NCBI RefSeq assembly: GCF_006345805.1
Contig: NW_021828114.1
Coordinates: 1-8,887, forward strand
From: Octopus sinensis
Taxonomy: Eukaryota
DNA length: 8,887 nt
Direction of reading: 5' to 3'
Shown in pieces: positions 6,998 through 8,887 of this stretch. The notes under the pieces are model-generated. The model was not told where the DNA came from, searched no databases, and worked only from the letters and a program-made list of their open reading frames with translations. The position numbers and the translations under genes were made by a program. Position 1 is the first letter of the stretch, and every line of letters begins with the position of its first letter.

Positions 6998-7876
6998 CTG
7001 AGTTTACTGTAGCAGAATGAATTACTGATGTTCCAATGCAGTTTTCTCTGAGAAGGCATAACCCTTTTATTTCTTAAAATTAGTGAGTCGTATATATGTA
7101 TATTTCAATGTTGGCAAAGCAACTATAGCTGATCTTGATTGTGTTACGATTGAATAATTACGGAAATACTTATGGGAAGTGTGTTCTACTAAGAGCCAAA
7201 CATTTTTGCTGTAGGAACTCAATTATTTAATTTGTCAAGTCTGATTGTTTGCTAGCATTTATGTTAATCTCTATATCACAAGAGATATTGCCCTGTCATT
7301 TACAGTGCAATATTCCTTTGCAAATATTACTGAAATTGTAAATAAAAATTGAGAGATAGAAAGATAAATGTGCTTGGAAATAGAATTATAAATCTCTACA
7401 ACATCGAATTGAAGAAATCTACAATTACTTTTGTTGTTATTACTATTTTAGTTAGTGACAGCGATGTTATTTTTCACTGTCCGTGTTTTGTAGCTATAAA
7501 TATTAACAATTTTGCTCTGTAAGGTTAATTAGTAAACACGTAATAATTATTTTATGTCAAAATTAACTTAAATGGATTAATTGTTACCAAGAAAAGCAAG
7601 GGAGACGGCATGAAATCCAAATTTATTACAGACTCAGGACATGCAGCGGTGAGTGAATTACGTGGTTATTAACAACTCAGAATATAGTTTATATGTTTAC
7701 CAGATGCATCAACCACCTGCCTGGTGCCCTCCTTGGGATCAGGGGCCGGTTTAACAACACTCTTTAGTGCCCTCTGTGTTTATGAGTTTAGGTATATCTG
7801 GGTTGGTAATAAGAAGTTCTAATTTTTTGGTTATGTATTTTTAGGAGTATTATCATTATTGGTTTTAGTAAGAGTT

Positions 7877-8113
7877 TTAGAAGGCGGCGAACTGCAGAAG
7901 CGTTAGCATGCCGGGCGAAATGCGTAGCTGTATTTCGTCTGCCGTTACGTTGTGAGTTCAAATACCGCCGAGGTCGATTTTGCCTTTTATCCTTTCGGGG
8001 GTCGATAAATTAAGTAACAGTTACGCACTGGGGTCGATGTAATCGACTTAATACCTATGTCTGTTTTTGTTTGTCCCCTCTGTATTTAACCCCTTGTGGG
8101 TAGTAAAGAAATA
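7877..8113 (+). mobile_element. Complete tRNA-derived SINE (Octopus-type) with a 16-bp target-site duplication
   Basis: Flanked by identical GGTTTTAGTAAGAGTT at 7861-7876 and 8114-8129. The CpG-rich head starts GGCGGCGA (7883), has a B-box-like GTTCAAATAC (7956-7965), and ends in an A-rich AAAGAAATA. Confidence 0.88.
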
Positions 8114-8183
8114 GGTTTTAGTAAGAGTTGTTAAAATTTGTTATTATTGTGAGGGTCCATTACGGGTATTCAGATATAAATAC

Positions 8184-8354
8184 GCTTGAGAACCGATGCT
8201 GGTGTGTTTACGTCCCCGTAACTTAGTGATTCGACCAAAAAGACCGATAGAATAAGTACCAGGCTTACAAAGAATAAGTCCTGGCGTCGATTTGCTCGAC
8301 TAAAGGCGGTGCTCCAGCATGGCCACAGTTACATGACTGAAACAAGTAAAAGAG
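8184..8354 (+). mobile_element. Headless SINE 3' half
   Basis: Homologous to the minus-strand fragment at 3733-3870, shares a central motif with the SINE at 8002-8048, and ends in a duplicated GTAAAAGAG tail. Confidence 0.75.
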
Positions 8355-8468
8355 CATATATGTGTGTAAAAGAGCATATATATATGTGTGTGTGTATATG
8401 AGTATCTATCACCTAAGTATATACAACCATATATAAGTCTATATATATATATGTGTGTGTGTGTGTGT
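8355..8468. repeat. (TA)n/(TG)n low-complexity block
   Basis: Read directly. Confidence 0.85.
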
Positions 8469-8773
8469 CTGCGTGCAACTTGGTATAGCACTTAATATTT
8501 CCCTACATTTTCACTATAATGGTATTTTCAAAATTAGATTGCGAACGTTGCTTAGCAGTAAATTGATAGTCCGGTCGCTGATTATGTCGAACCGACAGAG
8601 TAGATGCCGTGCTGGTCTTTCTTCTTCTAATGGTCTGCGTTTAAGATGAGCCAAGTTACTGTAATTATGTTGATGAATGGAAAATAACGTGTCAATCAAT
8701 GATTGTAAAGGGTTAAGAGTGATAATGAAATATGACCTGTCTTTGCTTTGCAGGCAACGAAACACCATTTTCA

Positions 8774-8887
8774 TTTCTTCCTCTTCTCTTTCTTCTTCTT
8801 CTTCTTCTTCTTCTTCTTCTTCTTCTTTCTTCTTCTTCTTCTTCTTCTTCTTCTTCTTCTTCTTCTTCTTCTTCTTCTTCTTCTTCT
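8774..8887. repeat. (TTC)n / (GAA)n microsatellite running off the window end
   Basis: More than 30 TTC units with one single-base phase shift near 8827. Confidence 0.97.

Noticed and set aside
7285-7322. miR-130/301-like seed (CAGTGCAATA) in a hairpin
   Set aside because: The stem is too short and the candidate mature sequence would run beyond it. That family is known from vertebrates, and a 7-8-nt seed match is expected by chance.
8300-8774. Short ORFs of 63-86 aa near the right end
   Set aside because: They partly overlap the SINE tail and TA/TG repeats, have no recognisable motif, and have lengths expected by chance.

Overview
Eukaryotic, repeat-dominated, apparently non-coding DNA (intronic or intergenic). 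No protein-coding gene, RNA gene or CRISPR array can be supported, and nearly all supplied ORFs are microsatellite translations. The interspersed repeats look like tRNA-derived SINEs and related repeats that I recall from Octopus genomes. That organism and family assignment is recognition from memory, not a database result. Best-supported elements: (1) a complete SINE at 7877-8113 with a perfect 16-bp target-site duplication; (2) a tandem pair of minus-strand CORE-type SINE bodies sharing one tRNA-like head (3086-3695); (3) several SINE fragments; (4) a 37-bp perfect inverted repeat (2405-2441/2536-2572) enclosing a nested stem-loop with hammerhead-like topology but a non-canonical core; (5) a 22-bp cluster of three perfect nuclear-receptor half-sites (4374-4395) beside a TALE (Pbx/Meis/TGIF)-type motif that recurs elsewhere in the window. 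I did not find a demonstrably new biological system. The inverted-repeat element and the nuclear-receptor/TALE cluster are the best leads, and both are hypotheses.
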